A stretch of 64,000 bases of DNA from Azolla caroliniana (GCA_043228905.1 JBHGNT010000008.1:868001-932000); one strand, 5' to 3'. Shown: positions 13,000-25,620, numbered from the stretch's first letter. Notes: generated by a model from the sequence alone, not told the origin. Numbers and translations are program-made.

Positions 13000-14630
13000 A
13001 GTGAAGCAGAATGATCATTGGAAGCTTTTCTGATATTATGAGTCTTCATGAGGGACCCATTTCTGTTCATACGGCTCACCTCCTTCTAAAGAAGTATATA
13101 ATCATCAAAGACATAATATCAGGTAGAAGGGTAACCATTTCATCATATTGTTCATTTTCAGAGAGTTTGTATGAATAAGAGCTCATATTCAATAGGCTTA
13201 TAGAGCCAAATGTGTTTACTTATACACTATAATATCAGCTTTCAATGAGCATGGAGAATGTTTCATAGAATCCTTGCTCTCAATTCATGTGCTATGATGT
13301 CCTCTTTATCTTCATGCCCAAATTCATGGAAACAATGTTGAATGAGATGTATTTGTATGCAATGCTCTTTTTTATATGTATGCCAAATGTGGTGACTTTA
13401 AAGGTTCTCTTACTATGTTTGGAAAAATGCCAAGACGTGACTTGATAAGCTGGAACACCATCATTGGTGCTTGCACATGAAATGATCTTAATGATAAAGC
13501 TCTTTGCTTTTTCTACAACATGCAAAAAGAGCCATTTAAGCCGAGCACTGTGACTCTTGTCAATGTTTTAAAAGCTTGCTCTGCTTTAGAGTTCTTGGTT
13601 AATGGAAGGGTGATCCATGCTCTAGTTGTGGAAGAAGGGTTTGAGTTTGGCACTATCATTGGGAGTGCTTTTACCAACATGTATGTGAAATGTGGAGAAC
13701 TCCCCGATGCTTCTCGTGTGTTAGGAAAGGCAACCAAATCAACATATAGGAATATGGAATACACCAATAACTAGCTATACTCAACATGGATGTGGTGACA
13801 AAGCACTCAAGGTTTTTCAAAAGATGAGTTACAACGGATTTATGCCTAATCGATATGTATACCCCACTTGGTAGCTTAAATGATGCAAGGAGGGTTTTTG
13901 ATATGTCTCAAAACATGATGAACTTTCCTGGAGTGCAATGGTGATAGGATATGCTCAACATGGTTGCACCGAGGAGGCACTTCACCTAGTTCAAAAAATG
14001 CAGCTCCAAGATGCAAGGGGTGATCTCTTTACATATGTTTACATTTGGAAAGCGTGCACCGACTGACATTATAGCCTTGGAACAAGGCCTGTTAATCCAT
14101 TATATTATAGTTGAAACGGGAATCAAGCTAAATTCTTGCCTTGGGAGAACCTTGAATGATTTATATGCCAAATGCAATAGAGTCAAAGATGCAACTAATG
14201 TGTTTGTCCACTTGCCAAAAGCAAATGTTGTAACATGGAATGCTAGCATTGGTGGATACACATTACATGGAAATCATGAACCTGCTCTATAGTGTCTTAA
14301 AGACATGAAAAAGATCAAGGCTTGGAGCCAGATTGTAATGTTATATCCCTTCTATCTACATATACTTAGATGGGATTAGTCAATGAAGGAAAGGATCCAA
14401 ATGAATTTGGCCTTGTGCCCTAATGTAATGAGCATTACAACTGCTTGGTTGACTTACTTGGCCATGTAGGGTGGTTGGGGAAAGCTGAAGCTTTAATGAA
14501 ACTTTAATGAAACTTGCTCCAGCTGAATCCTCTTTTGTAGGATGGATAATGTTGCTTTCACATTGTAGAGCACATGGCCGGGATGCTTTGGTGGCAAAGA
14601 GATGTTTTGAACACATTATAGAATTGTGGT
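13000..14630 (+). pseudogene. PLS-class pentatricopeptide-repeat (PPR) pseudogene fragment with E-domain-like end
   Basis: Fragments NVLKACSALEFLVNGRVIHALVVEEG..GSAFTNMYVKCGEL, LYAKC..VVTWNASIGGYTLHG, EHYNCLVDLLG and WIMLLSHCRAHG, broken by many stops and frameshifts. Confidence 0.85.
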
Positions 14631-14636
14631 CATGAT

Positions 14637-15235
14637 ATGGTGCCGGAAGAGGCCTACTATAGGGTCTGACGCCACCATGTACATGGTGCAACCAGAGCAA
14701 CAACAAATTCCGGTACTTCAACAACAAGTACTGGACCCCAGGCACTCGAATCTCTAGCTTTGATAAGCCACGCTACAAGTGCCTATTTCCATGCCAAACT
14801 GAGTTCCCCTTAAGGGAACGACCGCATAGCCACAATAACGAAAAGGAAAAGAAGCCAGAGAAGAAGAGGATTAATGATGAATCATCGAATGTGAATATCA
14901 CCCCACCGGCAACCTAGCTCATCAATGTGGACGAATGTTGGAAGCAGCTCTCTGCCTACTGCAATTCCTATATAACAATGTGTACACAGACTCCAAAGAT
15001 TGAATTGAGGCAAAGGAGGAGTATACCAACATTGTTGACATCCCGTCCTCCCTCACGTGTGCAAATGATGAAGTTTTCCAATTCTTTCTTCACGAACTGT
15101 TTCCTGAGGCTAGTACTGATGTCGACCATTACATGAAATTATTAATTGTTGCGGGTTCAATTCTTAATACATATGCAATGGATCATGATTTCTCACGGAC
15201 TACTTTTGCGGTGCAGTATGTTGATGGCTACTACT
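14637..15235 (+). pseudogene. Dof-like zinc-finger pseudo-copy (copy A)
   Basis: MVPEEAYYRV/frameshift/TPPCTWCNQSNNKFRYFNNKYWTPGTRISSFDKPRYKCLFPCQTEF. It also retains the FQFFLHELFPE exon, the GAG|GCTAGT donor and the TGCAG|TAT acceptor of the intact copies. Confidence 0.85.
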
Positions 15236-15520
15236 CATCATTAATCTTCTCCTTCTTCTGCTTCTTTTCCTTTCTGCTACTGTGGCTGTGCGGTTGTCCG
15301 GTTAAGGGGAACTCGGCTTGATAGGGAAAGAGGCACTTTTAGCGAGGCTGGTCAAAGCTGGAGATGCGAGGGCCTGGGGTTCAGTATCTGTTGTTGAAGT
15401 ACCAGAATTTGGTGTTGCTCTGGCTGCACCACGTACATGATGGCGTGAGGACCCTGTAGTAGGCCTCCTCCAGCACCATATCAGCCGTTCGCTTACGAGG
15501 AGGAGCAAGATTAGGAGGGA
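15236..15520 (-). pseudogene. Dof-like zinc-finger pseudo-copy (copy B), inverted relative to copy A
   Basis: MVLEEAYYRVLTPSCTWCSQSNTKFWYFNNRY*TPGPRISSFDQPR*KCLFPYQAEF, with two in-frame stops and a truncation after the lysine-rich stretch. Confidence 0.85.
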
Positions 15521-16889
15521 TCCGCACCTTCTATGAATGACCACTGCGATATTCTTTAAGCAATGAGTCAAAAGAACATCCTACAAACTAACGTAACAGA
15601 TACCTAGACATCAATTTACCATCTTTAGTTTCTACTAAACTGATTCTTGAGAGAGATGTCTCTATTTGTTTAATGATCCTATGCGGTTGACTAAAGCAGT
15701 CAAAAACAAACGGAAAGTTGGAACACACCTTATATATACTCGGCTCTGCCTTGGGTGTGTCATAAAATACAAATGCATCATCTAAACTTTCTTACAGTTG
15801 GATGTTCACGTGTTTTGTATGTAACAAAAAACTCCTGTGAAAAACATCAATTTTACAATTTCAAATCAACATATCAAAATTATAACTACCAAATTGATAA
15901 ATTTGAATTCCTATAAAAAATCGAGTATATTAATCTGATGAAATTGTATATTGAGATTATCTAAATAATAAATATTAATCTACGTACTGTCAACAAAAAA
16001 TTTGATGTTTCCCTCTTCACAATCATATATATGCCACTGTAAAAGACAAGAATTGTGTTCTTCATTTAAAGTTTAATCATAATGGAAAAGTTCAGAATTT
16101 TGTGATTCCAGAACTTACAACGAGAATTTCAGCTATAAGCTTCACCCCATGTGCAACTGCAGCAGCATCTATCTTCTTACTGGAAAAAAAGTATAGTTGC
16201 AGAATCTAGCATATTATTTCAAATGCATACATTTAAACAAAATAAGTCATTGGATTTTTTCTAGGTATTTAAGTCATTAGATTTTTTCTGAAATTCTAGC
16301 AAAGGTAGTGATACGAGCTTTATTAAGTTCATATTTTTCACAGCCAACATTGATACATCTTGCTGTCCTCCAAACATTTGACAGCCGAAGAAATTCAATG
16401 GACTAAAAAATGTACACATGATTCAATGTACATATCTTTAGAACTATGGGGATTACCACTTGAATAAAGTATGGAGATCCTCTCTTAAGAATGTTTAGAG
16501 AATTATTAGATTGAATTCTGAGAAGGCATGGGAGAGGCCAAAGCCGCCTCTATGGCTGAACATGTCTGTCTACAAAGACTATCTGACAATAGATGGCTTC
16601 CTAACATGATCAAGATACAAAAGAGTAAATATTAAATTTAGTGTACAGAACTTCCTGCAAATTTCTTAACATGATGTAGAAGCATTGCTGCATCTCGGTT
16701 GACCCTAGATTAATCTTTCGTGCGTCAGATTCCATTGATTAAATGTAATACTGGTTAATCTTACATCTATAAGTTACAAGGTCAATGTTTTCCTTGGTTG
16801 TCACGCATTTACAAATGTGGTAGGAAGGGAAGAAAAATAGATGGAATAAATTAGAAACCTTATATGCTTCTAGAACCGGTAACAATAAG

Positions 16890-19800
16890 TTGTTTTTACT
16901 TAAACAAGCAATGCATTTGACTTATAAAGAAAATAAGTCGGTTTTAGATCATTTAAATGAGTTTCAAGGATGTTTTGATCAATTGTCTAGCATGGGTATA
17001 AAGTTTGAAGAAGAAGTTCTTTCTTTATGGTTGCTAAATACTCTTCCCGAGTCATGGGAAACATTTAGGGTTACTCTAGCTATGCGGCTCCTAAGGAAGG
17101 CATGACAATGGAACTTGTGAAGAGTGGAATTCTAAATGAAGAAATTCGGCGAAGGACGCAAGGAGCAACATCAAACATGGACGCCTTCGTTGCAGAAAAT
17201 AGAGGAAGAAGCCAAAAGAGGAGTGATGACCGAAACAACAAAGGTAGAAGTAGAAGTAAGTCAAAGTCTAAATATAAAGATTTAGTTTGTCATTTTTGTG
17301 GTAAGACAGGTCACATAAAGAAATATTGTTTCAAATGGAAGAAGGAAAATAAGGTGTCGAACTACATGAAAGATAAGAAAAATGTGAATGACAATATCGA
17401 TTCTGTTAATGTTGCTTCCTCTAATGATTTACTTGTTGTATGTACAAGTTACAATGAAGTTAACATAAGTAGCCATGAAACCACTTGGGTTCTTGATAGT
17501 GGTGCCTCCCACCATGTTACGTCCAGAAGGGATTTTTTCTCATCTTACACTCCAGGTGACTATGGTGTTGTGAAGATGGGGAATGATGGATTTGCAAAGG
17601 TAGTCGGCACAGGAACCATTTGCTTGCAAACCAACACGGGATTCAAGCCGATTCTACATCAAGTACGACACGTGCCCGATATTAGGTTGGATCTAATCTC
17701 CACAGGTACATTAGATGACGAGGGTTATAGTCATGCGTCTCAAAATGGTAAGTGGAAAATTTGTAAGGGTTCTATGATTATTGCGAAAGCTAATAAATGT
17801 TGTCATAATGGTTTATATCTTTTGCAAGCTTCTGTCTCTATTGACTTTGTCAATGCAGTTGAAAATCAAGATGTTTCAAAATTGTGGCATAAGAGATTGT
17901 CCCATATTAGTGAAAAGGGACTTGACTTTCTAGCAAAAAAGAACGTCCTACCAGGTTTAAAAGATGTGAAGTTAGATACATGTGATCACTGTTTGGCAGG
18001 GAAGGCTAAGAGGGTTTCCTTTAAGCATTCTTCTCTTCGACGAAAAGGTATACTCGATCTAGTGCATTCTGATGTGTGTGGACCCTTGAAGGTAAGGTCA
18101 ATGGGTGGAGCACTTTATTTCGTTACTTTCATTGATGATCATTCTAGGAAGCTTTGGGTTCGAATGTTGAAATCAAAAGATCAAGTTTTTGATGTTTTTA
18201 AAGAGTTTCATGTTTTTGTTGAGAGAGAAACAGGGAAGAAACTGAAGTGTATTCGTAGCGATAATGGTGGCGAATACTATGGATCTTTCGATGCGTATTG
18301 TCGAGAGCAAGGTATCAAACATCAAAGAACCCCTCCTAAGAGTCCCCAATTAAATGGTTTGGCCAAAAGAATGAATAGAACCTTAGTTGAAAGAGTTAGG
18401 TGCTTACTCTCAGATGCAAGGTTACCTAAATCATTTTGGGGTGAGGCTTTGAATACTGTTGCACATATCATTAATTTATCTCCTACTACCGCATTGCAAG
18501 GTGATGTACCAAATAGAGTATGGTATGGTAAAGATGTCTCTTATGATTATTTACGTGTGTTTGGGTGTAAGTGTTTTGTGCATATACCCAAGGATGAAAG
18601 ATCAAAGTTAGATGCTAAATCTAAACAATGCATTTTTATTGGATATGGTCAAGATGATTTTGGTTATAGGTGTTACGATCCTGTGGGAAAGAAGCTTATT
18701 AGGAGTCGTGACGTAGTGTTCATCGAAGACCAAACCATTGAGGACATTGACAAGGCGGAAAGGTCAAATACCCCTTCAGATGGTGACCTAGTAGATATTG
18801 AACCAATTCCTATGATGGATGATGATACACAAGAGAGTGCCTCACAACAAGAAGAGCAACATGAGGATGTTGTTGAGCCGTTGATTATAGATGATGCTAG
18901 TAATGATGTTGTTTTGCCAGAGACAGGTCTTGAGCGGGGGGAGGAACTCCCATTACAAGAGGTGGCAAATCAACCTTTACGGAGATCTACTAGAGAACGA
19001 CGACCATCCATGAGGTATCCTAGCTCTGAATATGTTTTACTCACTAATGACGGTGAACCGGAAAGTTTTCATGATGTGCAAACTCTTAAAGACAAAGATA
19101 GTTGGGTAGAGGCCATGCATGAAGAAATTAATTCTTTGAAAAAGAATAACACATTTGAGCTAGTTGAACTTCCTAAGGGTAGGAAAGCTTTGAAAAATAA
19201 ATGGGTGTTTAAGTTGAAAAGGGGTGATGATAACTTTATAAAATATAAAGCTCGTTTGGTAGTAAAAGGATATGGTCAAAAGAAAGGAATTGACTTTGAT
19301 GAAATTTTCTCACCAGTTGTGAAATTAAGTTCAATACGAATTGTGTTAGGTTTGGTAGCTAGTTTAAACCTTGAACTTGAACAACTAGATGTGAAAACTG
19401 CTTTTTTACATGGTGACTTAAACGAGGAAATATACATGGAACAACCGGAGGGTTTTAAAGAGAAAGGGAAAGAACATTTGGTATGTAGGTTGAAAAAGAG
19501 TCTCTATGGCCTAAAACAAGCACCGCGCCAATGGTATAAAAAGTTTGATTCTTTTATGGTGAATCAAGGTTATAAAAGAACTAATGTGGACCATTGTGTG
19601 TATGTTAAACAATTTGAGGATGGTAATTTTATTATACTTCTTTTGTATGTTGATGATATGCTAATTGTTGGGCAAGACCTAAATATGATTAATAGGTTAA
19701 AAGTGGAGTTATCTAAGACTTTTGACATGAAAGATTTAGGGCCTTCTAAGCACATTTTAGGTATGCAAATAACTCGTGATAGAGAATCAAAGAAATTGTG

Positions 19801-20611
19801 GCTTTCACAAGAAACATACATAGAAAGAATCCTCGAAAGGTTCAACATGCAACATTCGAAACCAGTAAGTACTCCCCTTGCCACTCACTTTAAATTGAGT
19901 AGGAAATGTTGTCCAGTTACCGAGGAGGAAAGAGATGAGATGTCATCGATTCCCTATGCCTCGGCGGTTGGATCTTTAATGTATGCTATGGTTAGCACAC
20001 GACCAGATATTGCACACGCAGTTGGTACAGTGAGTAGGTATCTCTCTAACCCTGGTAAATCTCATTGGAATGCTGTAAAATGGATTCTACGGTATTTGAG
20101 AGGTACATCTAAGTTGTGCATTTGTTTTGGAGGTTCTAAACCAATTCTTGAAGGCTTTACAGATGCGGACATGGCTGGAGATCTTGATGGTAGGAAATCG
20201 ACATCCGGTTTCTTATTTACTTTTGCAGGGGGAGCTATATCATGGCAATCCAAATTGCAAAAGTGTGTTGCCTTGTCCACTACGGAAGCTGAATACATTG
20301 CGGCAACTGAGGCTGGCAAAGAAATGCTTTGGATGAAAAGGTTTCTTTTAGAATTGGGTTTGAGCCAATTAACTTATGTGGTTTTTTGTGACAGTCAAAG
20401 TGCAATGGACCTAAGCAAGAACTCAATGTATCACTCACGAACAAAACATATTGATGTGAGGTATCATTGGTTACGATTAGCTATCGAGGAGCAAAAGTTG
20501 CAACTAGAGAAAGTTCACACTGATGACAACGTTGCTGACATGCTAACAAAGGTGGTTCCAAGGGAGAAGCTTGAGCTATGTGCCAAGCTTGCCGGAATGG
20601 AGATGAATTGA
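16890..20611 (+). CDS. Copia gag-pol polyprotein (partial gag, 1-bp frameshift near 17080)
   Basis: CHFCGKTGHIKKYC knuckle, WVLDSGASHH protease, LWHKRLSH..CDHC and HSDVCGP..RSDNGGE integrase, QLDVKTAFLHG and LYVDDML RT, DADMAGD and TKHIDVRYH RNase H; ORFs 16890-17105 and 17102-20611 join if one base is restored. Confidence 0.95.
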
Positions 20612-20652
20612 GACACAAGCAATTCTCTCCTTGTGTGACCGGAGGGGGAGAT

Positions 20653-21445
20653 TGTTAATTATCCGGTCACTATTTTGTTTTGTTTTTTTTTAATAACATT
20701 TATTATTATTATTATTAGATAGTAATATGAAACAAAACAAAAGTTTTGTTTCTTTAGTAATTATTACCCTTACTTTATTCTTTAAAAGGGTAAATGTAAG
20801 TTACGTTTTTTAGTGAGTAAAGAAAGAAAATAATAATAGTAATAATAATAATAAAGAGTAAAACAAAACAAAACGACCGTTTTTGTTTTGAGAGAGACAA
20901 AGAGAAGGTGGAAAGGAGATATATATATATGGGAAGAGATGAGAACAAAGTATGAGAACGTGAAGGAGAGTGAAGCATTGTGAAGCATAGAGAAGCTTAG
21001 TGAAGCTTGGTGAAGCTTGGTGAAGCTTGGTGAAGCTTGGTGGAGCTTGGTGGAGCTTGGTGAAGCTTGGTGCTCGACTCATCTACTCTTAATCTTCTTT
21101 CCATCTCCGCTACTCAACGTGAGATCTACACGGCTACTACTTCGACTTGTGGACATTCTTATCCGGGTTTTCTTCTCTCTTCTTTTCTACTATATGCTTG
21201 AGAGATAGTCTTATCCCTTTGGATTATTGTACCATTTTTGTCGGTAGTATTATGCTACATATCTCTACATATTTCTAGTATATCTAGAAGTAGAACTTGT
21301 ACTTTGTGTTGTATCTCTTTCTTGATAGTGGATTGGTTTTGGACTTTTGTCCCGTGGTTGTTTCCCTCATTGAGGGTTTTTCCACGTTAAATCTTGTGTA
21401 ATCTTTTTTGTGTCATTGTGTGTGTGTTGTTGTGTTCCTTTTACA
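20653..21445 (+). repeat. 3' LTR of the copia element (~790 bp; right end approximate) with an internal 10-bp tandem repeat
   Basis: Starts TGTTAA just after the PPT, candidate end ..TTTACA at 21445; (GAAGCTTGGT)-like units at 20992-21071. Confidence 0.75.
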
Positions 21446-21859
21446 TTATAATCGAGCATAAAACGTGACGCGTGTTACACTCTTACGTGTCTATACCTCA
21501 TCATATATAATGTAGCAGCTCAATATGGTTTGTTCATCTACAGCCAAATGTTTAACATGCTATGGCGATTGCAATTATATGTCTTACTAAGAATGAAAAC
21601 AAACTTCAATTGTGTTTCTTAAATGGAAACTATTTTGCTATTGTGTCCAAATTTAACAAAATAAATAATGTCTATATTGAAGGATGAATATACGCCATTA
21701 GAAGTTGTTGAATGGAGGGGATACTTTGTCAACTACAATGTATTTTATGTTTTTAAGGAGATTTCTTTTGGATTGTTATTTTGAATCAAGCAATAGTTTG
21801 ATCCTATTTTGGCTTACAATGACATTCATGGTAGGTGGATGCTCATCCTTCATACCATG

Positions 21860-23090
21860 GATGGAGAAAATCATGAGTTTACAGTTTTTTATGCATCGAA
21901 TACTTCAAATTTAAGAGTTGATACATGACAAGAATTTGCTAATTGTCTAATTGTCCATGGGTTTAGAATGCGTGTATGTGGAGATTTCAATGACACTCTA
22001 AAATTTGGAGACAATTGCTGAAGATATTATTTTACACGAAATATGGAAAACTACGAATGGTTGCAAATGCATGAAACATTCGCTATGGCTGAATCATGGA
22101 AGCAATTGTATTCCAATGTGGTTAGACTAAAATTTCCATCACAACACATCCTCAACTTTCAACATTCTCTATGGCTGAATCATGGAAGCAATTGTATTCC
22201 AATGTGGTTAGACTAAAATTTCCATAGGAACACATCCTCAACTTTCAAATCATCTGTTAATATCGATTCAATTGCAATACATAGGTGGAGTTTGTTCTAC
22301 CTTCTGACATAGTGGGGGCTCTACTTTTATCTCAATAATATTACCTATCTTACCCTCCACTAGATTGTATCATTATATGCTTTATATACACTTATTGGAT
22401 TGGTATTGGAAACTAAGGTGTAGTTTTGGAAGGAATAAATAAAATAAAATAATAAAATATCGATTCAATTGCAATACACAATGATTTGTCTCTATGTGGG
22501 AAGAGGTTGTTTAAAGTTAATAAAAACAAAGTATCACAAACATGAGACATTCAAATCAATAGGTCTAGATGCAATTCCCCCACTAATATCAAATTGATAT
22601 TTATGTTGTTTGGTGTCATTTTCTACATAGAATACAAGCAAACATTGATGAAAGTCTCACAATATATGCAATGAAATAGAATGGGATCAAGATCATTCAA
22701 TTCAGTGCAATAAGAGCCATCTTTTCCCTTCTACGCAGTGGATCAAGAACCAAAAATTCGTACTTTATGTCCAAACGTGGTGTTTATTAGGTGAAGGATT
22801 CAATGATAAATGATCATTGGATCCTATTTACCATGGGGAGGCATGTAGGAACACACTAAACCCTCTCTCCAAAATCTATTTGCAATCCGTTTCATTTACA
22901 GTTGTGATCTTCTTCTTTTTCTTCATGATGACATTAGCAAAGAGCATATACAACAACATAAACAATAGAAGTTGGTGGCTCGGGGAATCACGAAGAACAA
23001 GTGAAAGGTGTATTGAGAAATTCCCAAGAAAACAAGCAAAATGTTGGCGAAAACTATATATGATATTTGATATGTTTGTCGCTTGAAATT
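21860..23090 (+). mobile_element. Degenerate L1-like LINE remnant, inverted homologue of 11490-12460
   Basis: VCGDFND endonuclease-like motif at ~21973-21993; matching blocks such as attgatgaaagtctcacaatatat..gaatgggatcaagat; internal 85-bp tandem duplication at 22083-22250. Confidence 0.55.
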
Positions 23091-23734
23091 CGCTTCCATT
23101 TTCTCTTCATTCACGGTGGCGTGCAAAGGCAAAGGCAAAGGCCGATGCAGTCATGCAAATAAATATGGGCATAGGGGTTGGAACAGAGGATTTTTGTTTG
23201 TTTGTTTGTGGTGTGGAGCAAGGGTATTTTAGAAAATTTGAAAAATACATTTGGAGTTAGTGAAAAGCATAGATGGGTATTTTGGTAATGTCACTAACTA
23301 AAGAATCAGAAATTTACGACTATTAATATCGTCTCCTTAGTCATATTGCTCATCACCATTGGCAAGCCTTGCCCTTGCTTCTTTTATCGTGCATGTTTAA
23401 CAAGCCTCAAGTACACATATATGCATGTGAATCAATTAGCTTGTCATTACAAATTGATAACCATCACATACCACACAATGACACATAGCTACTTCATTAA
23501 GCATCACATAGTGATTGTTATGATCTACACCTTCAACATATTATTGGTTTCAAATGTTGGATCCAACAACATTGAGAGGTGGTGAACAAACTTAATTCAC
23601 AATACAAATATTTCATCAATGTAAGTACTCTCTTTAGTACCAATTATGTTTTAGTTCCCTTTTGGCTTATGTTTTTGTTCTTATTTGATTCACTAATGAA
23701 CTGATATATATATATATGTATGTATGTATATGTA

Positions 23735-23770
<36 letters not shown>

Positions 23771-24127
23771 TGTATGTATGTACATATTATATTTCCTCTT
23801 TTTGTTTTTTATTTTATTTTATTTATAATGTCTCGATTTTCTTAATTGTTTTTCCATTTGAAGAAAAATGTAAGCGATCGGACGGCGTAAAGTTAAACGC
23901 GTTTATCGGACGGATTTTATTATATATAAAAATCGATATTTTAATTTTAATTATTTGTAAACGCAAGTGGCCTCAAACGCCGGCCGGGAACCTTTTCTGT
24001 CCGTCCGCCTGAAAACATTCTCTCTCTTATTATTTTTATTATTATTATGCTATGATTTCTTAATTCGTTAATTTCCATTACTCCCGGGAATTCCAGAGCA
24101 GCTCAATTTCTCATTGGCCACCTCCTG

Positions 24128-24291
24128 TTAGGGTTAGGGTTAGGGTTAGAATTAGTGTTTAAGCATAAACCTTTTGTACCACCCAACGAGAAAGAGAGCA
24201 TTTAGCAGCAGCAGCAGAAGAAGAAGAGAAATCCGCAGAGGCTCAATTTCTCGTTGGCCACCTACAGTTAGGGTTAGGGTTAGGGTTAGGG
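24128..24291 (+). repeat. (TTAGGG)3 at 24128-24145 and (TTAGGG)4 at 24268-24291 upstream of Dof-like copy C
   Basis: Read directly; each tract ends a duplicated unit gctcaatttctc(a/g)ttggccacct..g. Confidence 0.95.
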
Positions 24292-24402
24292 TTAGAGTTT
24301 AAGAATTGAGCTGACTGGGAGCTGAAGCAGCCATCGAAGAAGAATTCAGGTAGGGTAGCAGAAAAAGAAGAAGAGGAATCCGCAGCCAACAGACGTTTGA
24401 GA

Positions 24403-25620
24403 ATGGTGACTCCTAATTCGAAGAAATCAGAGCGTCCTCCTCATCCTAATCGTCTTCCTCGTAAGCGAGCAACAATAGCAGATATGGCGCCGGAGGAGGT
24501 GTACTACAGACCCCTGAAGCCACCATGTCCGTGGTGCGGCCAGACGAACACCAAATTCCGGTACTTCAATAACAGGTACCGGACCCCAGGCACTCGGATC
24601 TCAAGCTATGACCAGCCCCGTTTCAAGTGCCTCTCTCCCTGTAACTTGGAGTTCATCTTAGGAAGAAAGAATGAAAAGAAACAGAAGACGAAGACGAAGA
24701 ATGGGGATATCATCGTCCCCCCCACCTGCAACCCTAACCCTAGCGCATCCACAAATGACGGTAATTGTGCACCCACGATAATGACAAATATATATATATG
24801 TATGTAATTAACTGTTAGTTAACTTACATTATGCATGATGGGATCGATCTTCCTAATATCCTGAGTACTAAACTAATAATAGTAATACTGATGATGGACG
24901 AATGTTGGACGCAGGCACAGAGTGGCGGGATCGACGTGAGGCAGCGGAGGGCACGTCTAAATATAATGATGATGATGATGAAGCCTTCCAATTCTTCCTT
25001 CACGAACTGTTTCCTGAGGCTAGTACTCCTCATGTCCACCATTCCTTCAATTCTTAGAATTTTAATGCAGTGCATCATGATTTTCTCATATAGTTAATTC
25101 TTCTGCTCTGCAGTATGGTGGTGCCTCCGACATTCTGATGCAGATTGAGGAACATCCGTATGATATCAATCACTGCTACGGATCGAATACTACTACGATG
25201 ACTACCACCACTTCTTATTCTAATCCACCTGCTCCTACACAATCCATTCCAGGGGTTCATGGTAATTCACATGCAGCTGCTGTCAATGGCCTCTGCGACC
25301 AGATTATGATGGTGCAACCTAATAATGATGCTGATAAGGCAGAACCATATCTGAATCAAAAGGTCCACATGGATAAGAACAGTGATTCAGTTAACATTAC
25401 CACATCATTATCGTCATCATCATCAACAGCAGCAGCAGTAGCAGGAATGCCTCCGGAACAACAACAGATCTATGAGGAGTTGTTGATGATGCTTAACGAA
25501 CAAGAGCTGCCACCCCTCTCAAATTATATTGCAGAGGGATCAGGAGCAGGAGGAGATGAAGACGGTTCTTGGTGGACGAGCTTGGATCAAGACCCGTTTT
25601 GGGCTGCCATTAATTTCTAA
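24403..25620 (+). CDS. Atypical Dof-like zinc-finger protein, copy C (predicted exons 24403-24760, 24915-25018, 25114-25620; 322 aa)
   Basis: CPWC..TNTKFRYFNN..QPRFKC..C matches the Dof core CPRC.S.NTKFCYYNN..QPR..C..C. Phases are consistent across a GT-AG and a GC-AG intron. It has basic NLS-like stretches and an acidic/aromatic C-terminus (EDGSWWTSLDQDPFWAAINF). Confidence 0.75.

Larger units (their letters stand above)
16840..21445 (+). mobile_element. Ty1/copia LTR retrotransposon (Tnt1-like), 5'-truncated, with 3' LTR
   Basis: gag-pol in copia order, PPT ggagggggag at 20641-20650, LTR starting TG at 20653; no 5' LTR or PBS found upstream of ~16840. Confidence 0.95.

Noticed and set aside
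19570-20336. Antisense or alternate-frame ORFs within copia and gypsy pol
   Set aside because: Shadow ORFs of long coding regions with no recognisable motifs
24824-25260. Small ORFs 24831-25097, 24824-25078 and 25075-25260, and their mirror copies, as separate genes
   Set aside because: They overlap the predicted introns and exons of the Dof-like gene in other frames, and are conserved only because the whole block is duplicated
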